The translations under genes were made by a program, and so were the position numbers. From Heptranchias perlo (Eukaryota): a stretch of DNA of 64,000 nt. The notes beneath the pieces are model-generated. The model was not told where the DNA came from. It searched no databases and saw only the letters and a list, made by a program, of their open reading frames with translations. Location of the stretch: assembly GCF_035084215.1 (NCBI RefSeq), contig NW_027139264.1, forward strand, positions 124,001-188,000, written 5' to 3'. Of the stretch, positions 49,290 to 63,299 are shown piece by piece (the first letter of the stretch is position 1; every line of letters starts with the position of its first letter).

Positions 49290-50790
49290 ACAGGACACAG
49301 GAACAGGAATCGGCCATTTCGCCTCTCAAGCCTGTTCTGCCATTCATTGAGATCCTGGCTGATCTGTGAGCTGACTCCAGACACCAGCCTTATCCCCACA
49401 TCCCTTTATATCTTTGGTTACCACAAATCTATCAAACTCAGATTTAAAACCAATGGAGCGAGCATTAACTGCCGATTGGGGAAGAGAGTTCCAAACTTCT
49501 ACCGCCCTTTGCGTCACTCCTGAAAGTCCTGGCTCTAATTTTTAGACTGTGTCCCCTCGTCCTGGACTCCCCAACCAGCGGAAATAGTTTCTCTCTATCG
49601 ACCCGATCAGTTCCCCTTAATATCTTGAAAACTTCGATCAAATCACCCCTTAATCTTCTAAATTCCACAGAATACAACTCTAGTTTGTGTAATCACTCCT
49701 CGTAATTTAACCCTTGGAGCCCAGGTATCATTCTAATAAATCTGCACTGCTCTCCCTTCCTAAGGTGCGGTGCCCAGAACAGTACTCCAGGTGTGGTCTA
49801 ACCAGGGCTTTGTACAGCTGTATAACTTCTACCCTCTTGTATTCTAGTCCTCTAGATATAAAGGCCAGCATCCCATTAGCCTTTTTGATTATTTTCTGTA
49901 CCTGTCCATAACATTTTAATGATCTATGTACAGGGGCCCTTAAGTCTCTTTGGACCTCCACTGTTTCCTGCTTTTCACCATTTAGAAAGTACTCTGATCT
50001 CTCCTTTTTAGGTCCAAAGTGGATGACCTCACATTTGCCTACACTGAAATCCATTTGCCACAGTTTTGCCCATTCACTTAATCTATTAATATCTCTGTAA
50101 TTTTATGCTTCCATCTACACTGCTTACAATGCTGTCTTTCTTTCTGTCATCATCAATACAGTGAATAGTTGAGGCCCCGACACAGATCCCTGTGGGACAC
50201 CACTAGTCACATCCTGCCTATTTGAGTACCTGCCCATTATCCCCACTCCCTGTCTCCTGCCGCTCAGCCAATTTCCTAACCAGGTCAATAATTTGCCCTC
50301 AATTCCATGAGCTTCAACTTTAGCTAACAGTCTCTTATGAGGGACTTTATCGATTGCCTTCTGGAAGTCCATATAAACAACATCCATAGACATTCCTTTG
50401 TCCATTACTTTAGTCACCTCTTCAAGGCATGACCCTTTACAAATCCATGCTGGCTCTCTCTGATCAGCTGAAAATTTTCAAGGTGTTCAGTCACTCCATC
50501 CTTAATTATAGACTCTAGTAATTTCCCAACAACAGATGTTCGGCTAACTCGTCTATAATTCCCTGGTTTCTCTCTCTCACCTTTCTTAAATAGTGGAGTG
50601 ACGTGTGCAATTTTCCAATCTAAAGGAACGGTTCCTGAATCGAGAGAACTTTGGAAGATTCTCGTTAGGGCTTCTGGAATGTTCTCACCGACTTCCTTTA
50701 AAACCCTGGGATGGAAACCATCTGGTCCTGGGGATTTGTCACTCTTTAGTGCCATTATTTTCTTCATTGCTGTTAATTACGGGAAGTCCC
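49290..50790 (-). mobile_element. 5'-truncated decayed CR1 LINE
   Basis: KSPGPDG, YMDFQKAIDKVPH, PQGS motifs in broken ORFs 49465-50767. Confidence 0.9.
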
Positions 50791-51818
50791 CGTCCCTGAT
50801 TCAGAATTAGTTTCCTACATAATTAGATGGAGAATACTGTTGGGAAAATAAAAATGGTCTCTTTCATCCATTAAAAAAACCCGGTGCCCGGACGCTGAGG
50901 TTCTGCACGAGACTGTAATACAAGACTTCTGGCTTGGCACTTGAATTTAAAAGCTCCTTCCTAGGCCCATGATCTGCTTGCCACTCCCTCCCTCTTCAGG
51001 CCTCCGTTCTGCTGCTGCTCCCTACCTCTACCCCAGGGCCCCATTCTTTACTGGTCTCTCCGTCTCTCACACTGCTCCTCATTTGATTTTTCCCGACTGC
51101 TCCCGCTTCTGTTTGCTCTCCTATGCTGTACGATCCTTGGCTGCCCCGCTGCCCCCATCTCTCTCCAGGCGGACACCCTCCCCAACCTCTCCCTCTCTCA
51201 AGTCCCTGCTTTCCTCACAAAATCTGGGCCCGAAATTCCTTTGGGGAGTGGGGTGGTGGCAGAGGCAATGTAATCGGGGCTGGATTCTGGAACTGGACCC
51301 GGCTGCTCCAGGTCTCTATCCCTTTTTTCCCAAAGTTGGGAAATTTCACCGAGAGTGTGAGGGGTCACCTCTTGTGTCCTTTCCACCCCCCCGTCCCCTC
51401 CACCCCCACTCCATGCGGACATCATTGGAAGAGATGGGACTGTAAACATGGCACCATCCATCAGAACTCCCTCAGTTCCGCTCCCCAGTGCCCCCCAACA
51501 CTAAGTACTCCTGTAGGGTACGTATCAGGACTAGATCCCCGTGGAAGTGACCAAAAGCACTTTACAGTGAAGGATTTTGGACTTTTAAATACCAGTTTTA
51601 AGGATTAATTACCTGCTAAAGGAGCTGAGTTTGGTTAAAAGTATTAATTCAACATCGGAACTGTTGAACTGACTGTTCAAGGCGGCATGCTGGACAGGTT
51701 GGCCACGTTGGAAAAGTGTTATTCGAACTGCCTGGAAGGCTAGAGATAAGGAGGCCTTGAAATATTGTGGGAGACCATCGTAAACACCAGGTGATGTTTT
51801 TGTAGTCTCAGTCCCCTC

Positions 51819-52507
51819 AGATAATGAAGCAGTCCGAGCCCGCGTGCAGCTCGACCTGGACAACATCCAGGCTTGGGCTGATAAGTGGCAAGTAACATTC
51901 GCACCAGACAAGTGCCAGGCAATGACTATCTCCAACAAGAGAGAGTCTAACCACCTCCCCTTGACATTCAACGGCATTACCATCGCCGAATCCCCCACCA
52001 TCAACATCCTGGGGCTCGCCATTGACCAGAAACTTAACTGGACCAGCCATATAAATACTGTGGCTACAAGAGCAGGTCAGAGGCTGGGTATTCTGCGGTG
52101 AGTGACTCACCTCCTGACTCCCCAAAGCCTTTCCACCATCTACAAGACACAAGTCAGGAGTGTGATGGAATACTCTCCACTTGCCTGGATGAGTGCAGCT
52201 CCAACAACACTTAAGAAGCTCAACGCCATCCAGGACAAAGCAGCCCGCTTGATTGGCACCCCATCCACCACCCTAAACATTCACTCCCTTCACCACCAGC
52301 GCACTGTGACTGCAGTGTGTACCATCCACAGGATGCACTGCAGCAACTCGCCAAGGCTTCTTCGACAGCACCTCCCAAACCCGTGACCTCTACCACCTAG
52401 AAGGACAAGAGCAGCAGGCACATGGGAATAACACCACCTGCACGTTCCCCTCCAAGTCAGACACCATCCTGACTTGGAAATATATCGCTGTTCTTTCATC
52501 GTCGCTG
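51819..52507 (+). mobile_element. LINE family A fragment truncated at both ends
   Basis: Near-identical to 8800-9485. Confidence 0.9.
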
Positions 52508-52508
52508 T

Positions 52509-52549
<41 letters not shown>

Positions 52550-52993
52550 CCTGCATTTATTTCGCGCCTTTAACGTCCCAAGGCACTTCACAGGAGCAAT
52601 TATCAAACAAGACTTGACACTGAGCCACGTAAGGAGATGTTAGGACAGGTGACCAAAAGCTTGGTCAAAGAGGTAGGTTTGAAAGAGCATCTTAAAGGAG
52701 GAGAGAGAGGTGGAGAGGCGGAGAGGTTCAGGGAGGGAATTCCAGAGCTGAGGGCCTAGGCAGCTGAAGGCATGGCCGCCAATGGTGGAGAGATTAAAAT
52801 TGGGGATGCGCAAGAGGCCAGAATTGGAGGAGTGCAGAGATCTCGGAGCGTTGTAGGGTTGGAGGAGGTCACAGGGATAGGGAAGTGCGAGGCCAGGGAG
52901 GGATTTGAACACATGGAGGAATTTTAAAATCGAGGTGTTCCCGGATCGGGAGCCAATGTAGGTCAGCGAGCACGGGGTGGGTGGGGAACGGGT
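52509..52993 (-). mobile_element. L2 3' fragment with (aac)14 tail microsatellite
   Basis: Homologous to 11885-12300 and 9691-9725. Confidence 0.88.
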
Positions 52994-53592
52994 GACAGGA
53001 AGGGAAGGGAACACCACATTTTCTGGATGCTATTGGGTAGTTTCTGGGTCATACTTTGTAGTCGCCTGAGCAAGAGTAAGTGGGCTTGAGCAATCGAATG
53101 ATGCTCCAGTACCTGTGGCCAGTGGGGTGACTCGGCTGGTATCTCAGGATTGGAGGTAGACTGGACTGTAACCCAAAGAGACTGTGCACAGAGGGTCACC
53201 AGTCACTGTTTTAGACACTCTCTGTGCTGGGTGGTTAAAAGCCACTTTAAACTGACCCCAACTGGGGTGATGGTTGTAGGGCCGCGACATGTGGCCTCAG
53301 GGCCCCTGGGTTAGGGAGGGGACTGTTATCCCCACTCTAAATCAAACAGTGTTGGAACTGTGCGTGTCTGGACATCGGACGGGCCAGGATCTGGCCAGGC
53401 TGTGTTGAAAAGCCTATTGATGCTTAGTGTCAAGGTTCACAGGTGTTTAATGGTCACTGGGGCGATATACTGGAGAGTGACCCCTGTCTGTGGAACCCTA
53501 TCCAGCAAGAGGTTAATGGATTCAAGAGAGGAGGAGGAGGAGAGAAGGGAGTTGGTGAGGGAAGGAGTGTCGAGAATTTGCTTTCGATTCAG

Positions 53593-53900
53593 CGCTTGAA
53601 ATCCGTATTCTAACTCGCACCAAGTCCCGTTCTCCCATCACCCCCTGCGTTCGCTGACCTACACTGGCCCCCGGTCCGGGAACGCCTCGATTTTAAAATT
53701 CTCATCCTTGTTTTAAATCCCTCCATGGCCTCGCCCTCCCTTTCCCTGTAACCTCCTCCAGCCCTACAACCCTCCGAGATCTCTGCGCTCCTCCAATTCT
53801 GGCCTCTAGCGCAGCCCCGATTTTAATCGCTCCACCATTGGCGGCCGTGCCTTCAGCTGCCTCGGCGTTAAGCTCTGGAATTCCGTCCCTAAACCTCTCT
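53593..53900 (+). mobile_element. L2 fragment (opposite orientation)
   Basis: Reverse-complement homology to 12040-12325 and 52740-52990. Confidence 0.85.
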
Positions 53901-53904
53901 GGTT

Positions 53905-56159
53905 CTCCAGCAGTCTCCCTCAGGATTCCTGTCTTCTTCCTTCCTGTCTCCACACAGTTCCTGAATCCCCTTCTGTCCGTGATTCTGGCTCCCCTTAAAT
54001 CCTCTCTTTGGTCTCCTTCCTCCTGCTCTGTGCTCTGAGGTGTCTCCCTGTACACTGTTTTATTGTAAGTTGCTGTACACAGTCAAAACATCACATTGGA
54101 ACATAGGAACAGGAGGAGGCCATTCAGCCCCTCGATCCTGTTCCGCCATTCAATTAGATCATGGCCAATCTGCATCTCAACTCCATCCTTGGTGCCATAT
54201 CCCTTAATAACCTTGCCGAACAAAAATCGATCAATCTCAGTTGTGAAATTTTCAATTGACCCCCAGCCTCAACAGTTTTTTGGGGGAGAGAGTTCCAGGT
54301 TTCCACTCCCCTTTGTGTGAAGAAACGCTTCCTGACATCACCCCTGAACGGCCTGGCTCTAATTTTAAGGTGACGCCCCCTCGTGTTCTGGATTCTCCCA
54401 CCGGAGGAAATAGTTTCTCTCTATCTACAATATCAAATCCTTCAATGATCTTAATTACAGCACCCGTTAATCTTCTGCACTCAAGGGAATACAAGCCTCG
54501 TCTGTGCAACCTGTCCTCATAATTCAACCCTTTCAGCCCCCAGTATGAAAGTACTTCTCACAATGAATGGCGTTTCCCACATTACAACAGTGATGACACT
54601 TTCACATTACTTCACTTTCTGTGAAGCGCTTTGGGACATCCTGAGGTTGTGAAAGGTGATGTATAAAAAGATCTTTTGTTCTTTCCGAACCTTCTTGTGC
54701 TGCTTCAGCAGGGTGACACTGAAATCGAAGCAGATTCGAAGCCTGGCCCCCCGTTCCCACCTTCACCTCACAGCAACACAATGGACTTTGGACTGTCCGA
54801 TGTCCGATGTGTTGCTCAGGCCCACGACTGACTTTTATTTCTGAGCAAACACTGCCCGTTTATTATAGTCTCTGAGCGGGTCAAGGCCAAAGTGAACTCT
54901 GTGTGTCCGATTGTGGGGAGAATGAGCTGCTGACTCTTCAATAATCAACTGGTGCTCGAGGAAAAAATACTCACAGTGATGTTGATCTGGGTGAATTAGA
55001 ATAAATTGGCATCGAAACAAATTCACAGACAGATTTTTATGTTAATTTTCAATGCACCGTCTTCGAGTCGCGCTTAACATGAGGCTCCTCAGAACAGCAA
55101 TCCATGAGGATAACAGAACATTGAACGATGTCAACAAATCCAGTCAGTGGACGTCATGCTCAAACTGAGGGGGAGGGGGAAAGGGGAAGGGGGAGAGCAT
55201 GGGGGAGGCAGAGGGATAGGATGTGGGAGAGCGGGAGGGAGAAGGAGAGGGGGAGGGAGACGGAGAGAGGGGGGGGAGGAGATGGGAGTGGGAGATAGTG
55301 AGGGGTAGGGAGATGAGAGGGAAAGGGATGGGGAGGGAGAGGGGACGGGGAAGGGTCGGGAGAGGGATGAGGAGGGAGAGGGGACGGGGATGGAGAAGGA
55401 GAAAGAGAGGTGGAGGATTGGGTGGAATTGTGCAGGGAGAGTGGGAAGGAGGGGATATGAGGAGGGAGGGGGGAATTGGATGAAGAGAGGGAGAGGAAGG
55501 GAAAGGAGATGGGGAGTGGAAGAGGACAAGAAGGGAGATGAGGAGGGGAGGGAGAGGGAGATGGGAGTGAGAGGGTGGGACAGGGAGAGAGGGATGGTGG
55601 GAGTTAGAGGAGGAGGAGGGGACGGGGAGGGAGAGCGAGTAGGGAGATTATCTGGCCATTAACTCGTTGCTGTTTGTGGCATCTTGCTGTGCGCAAATTG
55701 GCTGCCGTGTTTCCTACATTAAAACAGTGACTGCACTTCACTAATACTTCACTGTCTGTAAAACTCTTTGGGAGGTCCTGAGGTGGTGAAATCACAATAG
55801 GAATGTGAGTCTCTCTTTTCTTTGTGGTCCCATTGCCAGTGAGAGTCGGTGCATTGGGAAGAGAATGGGAGGGGTGAAAGTGGGAGTCTGGAATAGACCA
55901 TTGAAATACAGGGGGTGTAACCAGATGCGATGGTTCGGTGTTAATACTGGGCTGGGCCTCAGTGTGAACCCCTGCTGTAAGATGCAGGCTCAGACTCCAC
56001 TCCCTGGGACCCAGTGACCAGAACAAGTCCCTCCATTCTAACTGGATCTGGTTATCAGACCTGCTGCACACAAGCACCAATAAGTAGCTTCAGACTCGAG
56101 TGGTGTTGAAAACGCAAGAGATTAAGTTACTGTTACAGCAGCTTCTCTCCTGGTTAATC
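53905..56159. repeat. Tandem segmental duplication, copy 1 (CR1 3' fragment, SINE tails, unique DNA, purine tract)
   Basis: Collinear with 57240-59460, offset about 3.3-3.35 kb. Confidence 0.95.
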
Positions 56160-57239
56160 AGCGCCTCGGGTGACTTTACAACATGCTGCTTGTTACTTTA
56201 CTGAACGTTTACTGTGTGCCCAACGTCTCCTCTGGTAAGCAAATCAAACAGCTTCTATCTGTGGACAGTATTTGAGGGGACACCGAGATTGAACCCATCT
56301 TCATCACAAGATGCTCTCGAGCGGCCCCTGGGTTTGGACTATCTCATTGCCTTGGGTGTGTGAGAGATTCAGGTTAAGGATGATCCCTGTTCTGGGGAGG
56401 GGTCACTGGGAGAGGTTGTGTCACTGATCTGTTTGCAAAGTGTTTGATCGAGGCACTTTTCTTCAATTATTGTCAAGGCTCACAGACAAATAACAGCCAT
56501 TTTGGGGGGTGAGGTATTGGAGCTGTACCTCGGAAGCAGTGGAAGGGAAGGGGATGGAGGGAATGGGAAGGGACAGGAAAGAAAAGGAAGGGGAAGGGAA
56601 GGGAAGGAATCGGAAAGGAAGGGAAAGGGAATGGAAGGGGAGGGAAGGAAAACCCTTTCCCTCGGATGGTGTTTGAAGGAGGATTCCATTATCCCCTTTC
56701 ACATAACGGGCTCGATTGTGGTTTTAGCTCCGAGACATTAGGCATCACCTGGGCTGAGTTCAGAACGGAAATCTGGCCGGGCGGGGGGGATTTCAATAGA
56801 TGGAAAATGCTCCAGGTTCTGTTCCTGCCGTGTGATCCTCCTCTCCAGATTTTGCTCTCTCTCTGCTCCGCCCAGTTGATGCTGAACACCCAGGTGGTAA
56901 AGGTGAAAATCGACCTCAATATTACTGGACCACAGACACGTGTGAACCTTTCAGAGATTGTGTTCTGATCGATGAGTTCTGCCTCCTCCCTCTCACCCCC
57001 ATCCCTTGTTCGTGCCAAAACCCCATCAGCTCCTCCAACTCCACAGAATTGACTCAAAGGTTCATTTCTTCACCTTTAAAGCCCTCTCTGTCCTCCTCCC
57101 TTCCCACCTCCGCAATCTCCCCCAATCTCATGCCCCCACATGCCCCCTCCGCTCCTCCCACACCGGCCTAACCCCTCCTTCTCCACTGCCTCTGTTCCAC
57201 CACTGGGAGTCGATCCTTCAGTCTCTCCTGTCCCTGCCC

Positions 57240-59460
57240 TCTCCAGCAATCTCCCTCAGGATTCCTGCCTTGTCCCTTCCCGGCCTCTCCACTGTTCCTG
57301 AATCAACTCCTGAGTGTGATTCTGGCTCCTCTTAAATCCTCTCTTTGGGCTCCTCCCTCCTGCTCTGTGCTCTGAGGCGTCTCCCTGTACACGAGGGCTG
57401 TTGTAGTAATGTAAGCTGCTGCACACAGTCAAAGCATCTCATCGGAACATGGGAACAGGAGGAGGCCATTCAGCCCCTCAAGCCTGTTCCGCCATTCAAT
57501 TAGATCATGGCTGATCTGTTTCTTAACTCCACCCACCCGCCTTGGTGCCATATCCCATAATAACCTTGCCTAACAAAAATCGATCAATCTCAGTTGTGAA
57601 ATTTTCAATTGACCCCCAGCCTCAACAGCATTTTGGGGGAGAGAGTTCCAGATTTCCACTCCCCTTTGTGTGAAGAAACGCTTCCTGACATCACCCCTGA
57701 ACGGCCTGGCTCTAATTTTAAGGTGACGCCCCCTCTTGTTCTGGACTCTCCCACTGGAGGAAATAGTTTCTCTCTATCTTCAATATCAAATCCTTCAATG
57801 ATCTTAATTACAGCACCCGTTAATCTTCTGCACTCAAGGGAATACAAGCCTCGTCTGTGCAACCTGTCCTCATAATTTAACCCTTTCAGCCCCCAGTATG
57901 AAAGTACTTCTCATAATGAATGGCGTTTCCCACATTACAACAGTGATGACACTTTCACATTACTTCACTTTCTGTGAAGCGCTTTGGGACATCCTGAGGT
58001 TGTGAAAGGTGATGTATAAAAAGATCTTTTGTTCTTTCCGAACCTTCTTGTGCTGCTTCAGCAGGGTGACACTGAAATCGAAGCAGATTCGAAGCCTGCC
58101 CCCCCGTTCCCACCTTCACCTCACAGCAACACAATGGACTTTGGGCTGTCCGATGTCCGATGTGTTGCTCAGGCCCACGACTGACTTTTATTTCTGAGCA
58201 AACACTGCCCGTTTATTATAGTCTCTGAGCGGGTCAAGGCCAAAGTGAACTCTGTGTGTCCGATTGTGGGGAGAATGAGCTGCTGACTCTTCAATAATCA
58301 ACTGGTGCTCGAGGCAAAAATACTCACAGTGATGTTGATCTGGGTGAATTAGAATAAATTGGCATCGAAGCAAATTCACAGACAGATTTTTATGTTAATT
58401 TTCAATGCACCGTCTTCGAGTCGCGCTTAACATGAGGCTCCTCAGAACAGCAATCCATGAGGATAACAGAACATTGAACAATGTCACCAAATCCAGTCAG
58501 TGGACGTCATGCTCAAACTGAGGGGGAGGGGGAAAGGGAGGGAGAGGGATAGTGGGAGGGAGATGGAGAGGGAGAATGGGAGGGGGAGTCGGAGGGAGAG
58601 TTGGAGGCAGAGGCTGAGGGGGAGGGGAGGGAGAGTGGAGGGGAGGGAGAGTGGAGGGGAGGGAGAGGCTGGGGGAGCTAGAGGGAGAGAGGGAGGGTGA
58701 TGGGGAAGGGACAGAGAAGGGGAGCGAGAGGGAGAGGTGCAGGAGGGGGTGTGTGAGTGAAGAGAGAGGGTAAAGGTGGGGAGATGGGGAGGGAGAGGGG
58801 GAGTCAGACAAAGAGAGGGAGAGGAAAGGGAAGAGGATGAGGCAGATGGGGAGAGAGAGGGAGATGGGGAGGGAGAGGGTGGGAAAGGGAGAGAGGGATG
58901 GTGGGAGAGAGTGGGGGATGAGGAGGGGGAGGGGAGGGAGTGGGGAGATTATCTGGTCATTATCTCGTTGATGTTTGTGGGATCTTGCTGTGCGCAAATT
59001 GGCTGCCGTGTTTCCTACATTAAAACAGTGACTACACTTCACTAATACTTCACTGTCTGTAAAACGCTTTGGGAGGTCCTGAGGTGGTGAAATCACAATA
59101 GGAATGTGAGTCTCTCTTTTCTTTGTGGTCCCATTGCCAGTGAGAGTCGATGCATTGGGAAGAGAATGGGAGGGGTGAAAGTGGGAGTCTGGAATAGACC
59201 ATTGAAATACAGGGGGTGTAACCAGATGCGATGGTTTGGTGTTAATACTGGGCTGGGCCTCAGTGTGAACCCCTGCTGTAAGATGCAGGCTCAGACTCCA
59301 CTCCCTGGGACCCAGTGACCAGAACAAGTCCCTCCATTCTAACTGGATCTGGTTATCAGACCTGCTGCACACAAGCACCAATAAGTAGCTTCAGACTCGA
59401 GTGGTGTTGAAAAGCGCAAGAGATTAAGTTACTGTTACAGCAGGTTCTCTCCTGGTTAAT
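57240..59460. repeat. Tandem segmental duplication, copy 2
   Basis: Collinear with 53905-56159. Confidence 0.95.
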
Positions 59461-59657
59461 CCGTGTCCATGACTGACATTTATTTCTGGTCAAACACTGC
59501 CTGTTTATTGTAGTCTCTGAGCACGTCAAGGCCAAGGTGAACTCTAAGGGGTCGATTTTAACCCCATGAACGGGTGGGTTTGGGTGCAGGTGGGAAGGTA
59601 AAAATTGTAAAAATCTAAAACCCGCCTTCCAACTGACCACTTCCGGTTTTAACGGCA

Positions 59658-62600
59658 TAGAACCATACAAAGGATACAGCACAGAAGGGGGCTATTCGGC
59701 CCATCGTGTCCGTGCCGGCTCGAAAAACAACCAGGTCCCCATTCTAGTCCCACCTTCCAGCACCCGGTCCGTAGCCCTGCAGCTTACAGCACTTTAGATG
59801 CAGGTCCAGGTACTTTTTAAAAGAGTTGAGGGTCCCTGCCTCTACCACCAATTCGGGCAGCGAATTCCATACACCCACCACCCTCTGGGTAAAAGTGTTT
59901 TTCCTCATGTCCCCTCTAATCCTTCTGCCAATCAGCTTAAAGCTATGTCCTCTAGTTCTTGAACTCTCCGCTAGGGGAAACAGGTATTTCCTGTCTACTC
60001 TATCTAGGCCCCTCATAATTTTGTACACCTCAATCAAGTCTCCCCTCAGCCTCCTCTGCTCCAAGGAAAACAACCCCAGCCAATCCAATCTCTCCTCCGA
60101 GCTGCAATTTTCAAGCCCTGGCAACATTCTTGTAAATCTTCTCTGCACTCTCTCCAGAGCAATTACGTCCTTCCTGTAATGTGGTGACCAGAACTGCGCA
60201 CAATACTCCAGCTGTGGCCTTACCAGCATTTTATACAGTTCCATCATTACATCCCTGATTTTGTATTCTATGCCTCTGCTAATAACGGAGAGCATTCCGT
60301 ATGCCTTCTTCACAACCTTATCGACCTGTACTGCCACCTTCAGGGACCTGTGCACATGCACTCCAAGGTCTCTCACTTCCTCTACCCCTCTCAATATATT
60401 CCAGTTTACTGTGTATTCCCTTTTACTGTTTGCCCTCCCTAAGTGCATTACCTCACACTTCTCCAGGTTGAACTCCATTTGCCACTTTTCCGCCCACTCC
60501 ACCAACCCATTGATATCTTCTTGGAGTCTACAGCTATCCTCTTCACTATCAACTGCACGGCCAATTTTTGTCGTCTATAAATTTGCCAATCATGCCCCCT
60601 ACATTCAAGTCCAAATCATTAATACATACCACAAACAGCAAGGGACCCAACACTGAGCCTTGTGGCACACCACTGGAAACGGATTTCCATTCTCAAAGAC
60701 ATCCATCGACTTTTACCATTTGTTTCCTGTTACTGAGCCAATTTTGGATCCAATTCACCACATTTCCCTGTATCCCATGGGCTTTTACCTTTCTGACCAG
60801 TCTGCCATGTGGGACCTTGTCAAATGCCTTACTAAAATCCATGTAGACAGCATCCATTGCACTACCCTCATCAATCCTCCTTGTCACTTCCTCAAAGAAT
60901 TTAATCAGATTTGTAAGGCATGACCTTCCCTGAACAAATCCATGCTGACTATCCCTGATTAAACCATGCCTTTCCAAGTGACAGTTTATCCTATCTCTCA
61001 GTATTGATTCTAATCGTTTGCCCACCACCGAGGTAAGACTGACCGGCCTATAATTGTTCGGCCTTTCCCTCGTACCCTTTTTAAACAACGGTACTACGTT
61101 TGCAGTCTTCCAGTCCTCCGGTACCTCCCCTGTATCTAGTGAGGATTGGAAAATGATCCTAAGAGCATCCGCTATTTCCTCACTGGCTTCCTTCAATAGC
61201 CTAGGAAACAATCCATCCGGCCCTGGTGACTTATCAAATTTCAAGGATTCCACTCCCTCTGGTACTTCCTCTCTCGTTATGTTTATTTTATCCAATATTT
61301 CACACCTCTCCTCTTTAACTACTACGTCCAGATCATCCCTTTCCCTTATGAATACGAAGACAAAATATTCATTTAAAACCCTACCCACATCCTCTGCTTC
61401 TACACACAGGTTACCCTTATCGTCCCTGATCGGTCCCACCTTTTCCTCAGCTATCCTCTTGTTCTTAATGTACTGATAAAACATCTTTGGGTTTTCTTTA
61501 ATCTTACTCGTTAATATTTCTTCATGCCCGCTCTTTGCTTTCCTTATTTCCTTTTTTACGTCATCCCTGTACTTTCTATACTCCTCCAGGCTTTCTGCAG
61601 TATTTAGTTTTCTGTGACAGTCATAATCTTTCTTTTCCTGCTTTATCTTGCCCCGTATACTTCTGGACAACCAGAGGGCTCTAAATTTGGCAGTGCCACC
61701 CTTTTTCTTTGAGGGGACGTGTCTGCATTGTACCCGTAGAATTTCACTTTTTAGTGCCTCCCACTGGCTTGCCACTGATTTCTCCTCAAGTAGTTGTGTC
61801 CAGTCCACTTCTGCCAAATCACCTCTAAGTTCTGTAAAATTTGCCTTCCCCCAATTTAAAACATTTACTCCTGATTTAACACTGTCCTTTTCCATAATAA
61901 TGCTAAAACTAACTGAATTGTGGTCACCATCCCCAATATGGTCACCCACTGTCACTTCACCCACTTGCCCATCTTCATTTCCCAGGACTAAATCTCGAAT
62001 GGCATCCCCTCTTGTTGGGCTTGTCACGTACTGGCTAAAAAAGTTCTCCTGGACACCAATCAAGAATTTTGAGCCCTCTGTGCCCCTCACACTGTTTGAA
62101 TCCCAGTTGATGTTCGGGTAGTTGAAATCCCCTACTATTATTGCCCTCTTATTTTTGCACTCAGAAATTTGCCGACATATTTGTTCTTCTATCTCCCTTT
62201 CGCTATTCGGGGGTCTAGAGTACACTCCTAGTAGTGTGACTGCCCCTTTTTTATTCCTTAGCTCAACCCATACGGCCTCGATTGATGATCCATTTAGCAT
62301 ATCATCCCTTCTCACAACTCTAATTGATTCTTTAACCAATAATGCTACCCCCCTCCTTTTTTATCACCCACTCTATCCTGCTTGAACACTCTATATCCAG
62401 GGATATTGAGCTGCCAATTATCCCCCTCTTTAAGCCAGGTTTCCATTATAGCAATGATATCATGCTGCCACGTGTCTATCTGTGCCCTTAGCTCATCTGC
62501 TTTGTTTGTAATACTCCTTGAATTGAAGTATATACCCTTTAACCCCGTCAAATTCCTGTGCTGAACACTATTTAACCTTTGCTTTTTTGCATTTCTGAGT

Positions 62601-63010
62601 CGCAAACTACGTCACTAACTGCTTTTCTACTTTGCGTTTCCTGGTCTGAATTTGTCCTATCTGGACCTGCCCTTTGGTTCCCATCCCCCACCATACTAGT
62701 TTAAACCCTCCCCAACACAACTCGCAAATGTCCCCACGAGGATACTGGTCCCGGTTCTGCTTGGGTGCAATCCTTTCATCTTGTACAGGTCCCGCCTTTC
62801 CCAGAATCGGTCTCAATGCCTCAGGAATTTAAACCCCTCCCTCCTACACCATCTCTCAAGCCACGCATTCATCTGGTCTATTCTCCTATTTCTGCTCTCG
62901 CTGGCATGTGGCACTGGGAGTAATCCTGAGATTACTTCCTTAGAGGTCCTGCTTTTTAATTTATTTCCTATCTCCCGATATTCTGCTTGCAGGACCTCAT
63001 CCGTTTTTTT
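59658..63010 (-). mobile_element. CR1 LINE, 5'-truncated within ORF1, ORF2 frameshifted
   Basis: Esterase ORF1 remnant 62700-63010; APE/RT pieces 62345-62605, 60693-62339, 59744-60505; 3' tail near 59658. Confidence 0.93.
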
Positions 63011-63299
63011 TTTACAATACTTCACACTAAATTGTGGGAGTACGACTTAGGTTCAAACGAGTAAAAGGCGACTTGGGACAGACGTCAGGATGATATCTTC
63101 CTCATGCTAAAGCCTCGATTTTAACCTAACCTGTCCAGAGGGAATGGGATGGATTTGGTTCAACTTCAATGGAGCGTAAAATCGGGCAGGGTATAAATAG
63201 GGCGAACCATGTGACCTGTTACTAAACGGGGAACAGAGAGGAGACAATAGGAGGGAGTCCACAGTTAAAGTCAGAGGTCCTGTGGTGGGATAAAGTTGA

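Noticed and set aside
55103-55170. C/D box snoRNA-like pattern (ATGAGGA ... CTGA), also in the second copy
   Set aside because: Non-consensus C box, weak terminal stem, no recognisable rRNA guide and no plus-strand host gene; the CTGA is better explained as the minus-strand splice acceptor
56085-56110. tagcttcagactcgagtggtgttga resembling miR-21
   Set aside because: Seed disrupted, several indels needed, no precursor hairpin
59545-59657. MITE-like end (gggtcgattttaacc), with similar motifs near 56905 and 63115
   Set aside because: Could not pair terminal inverted repeats or find a TSD, so it is not called as an element
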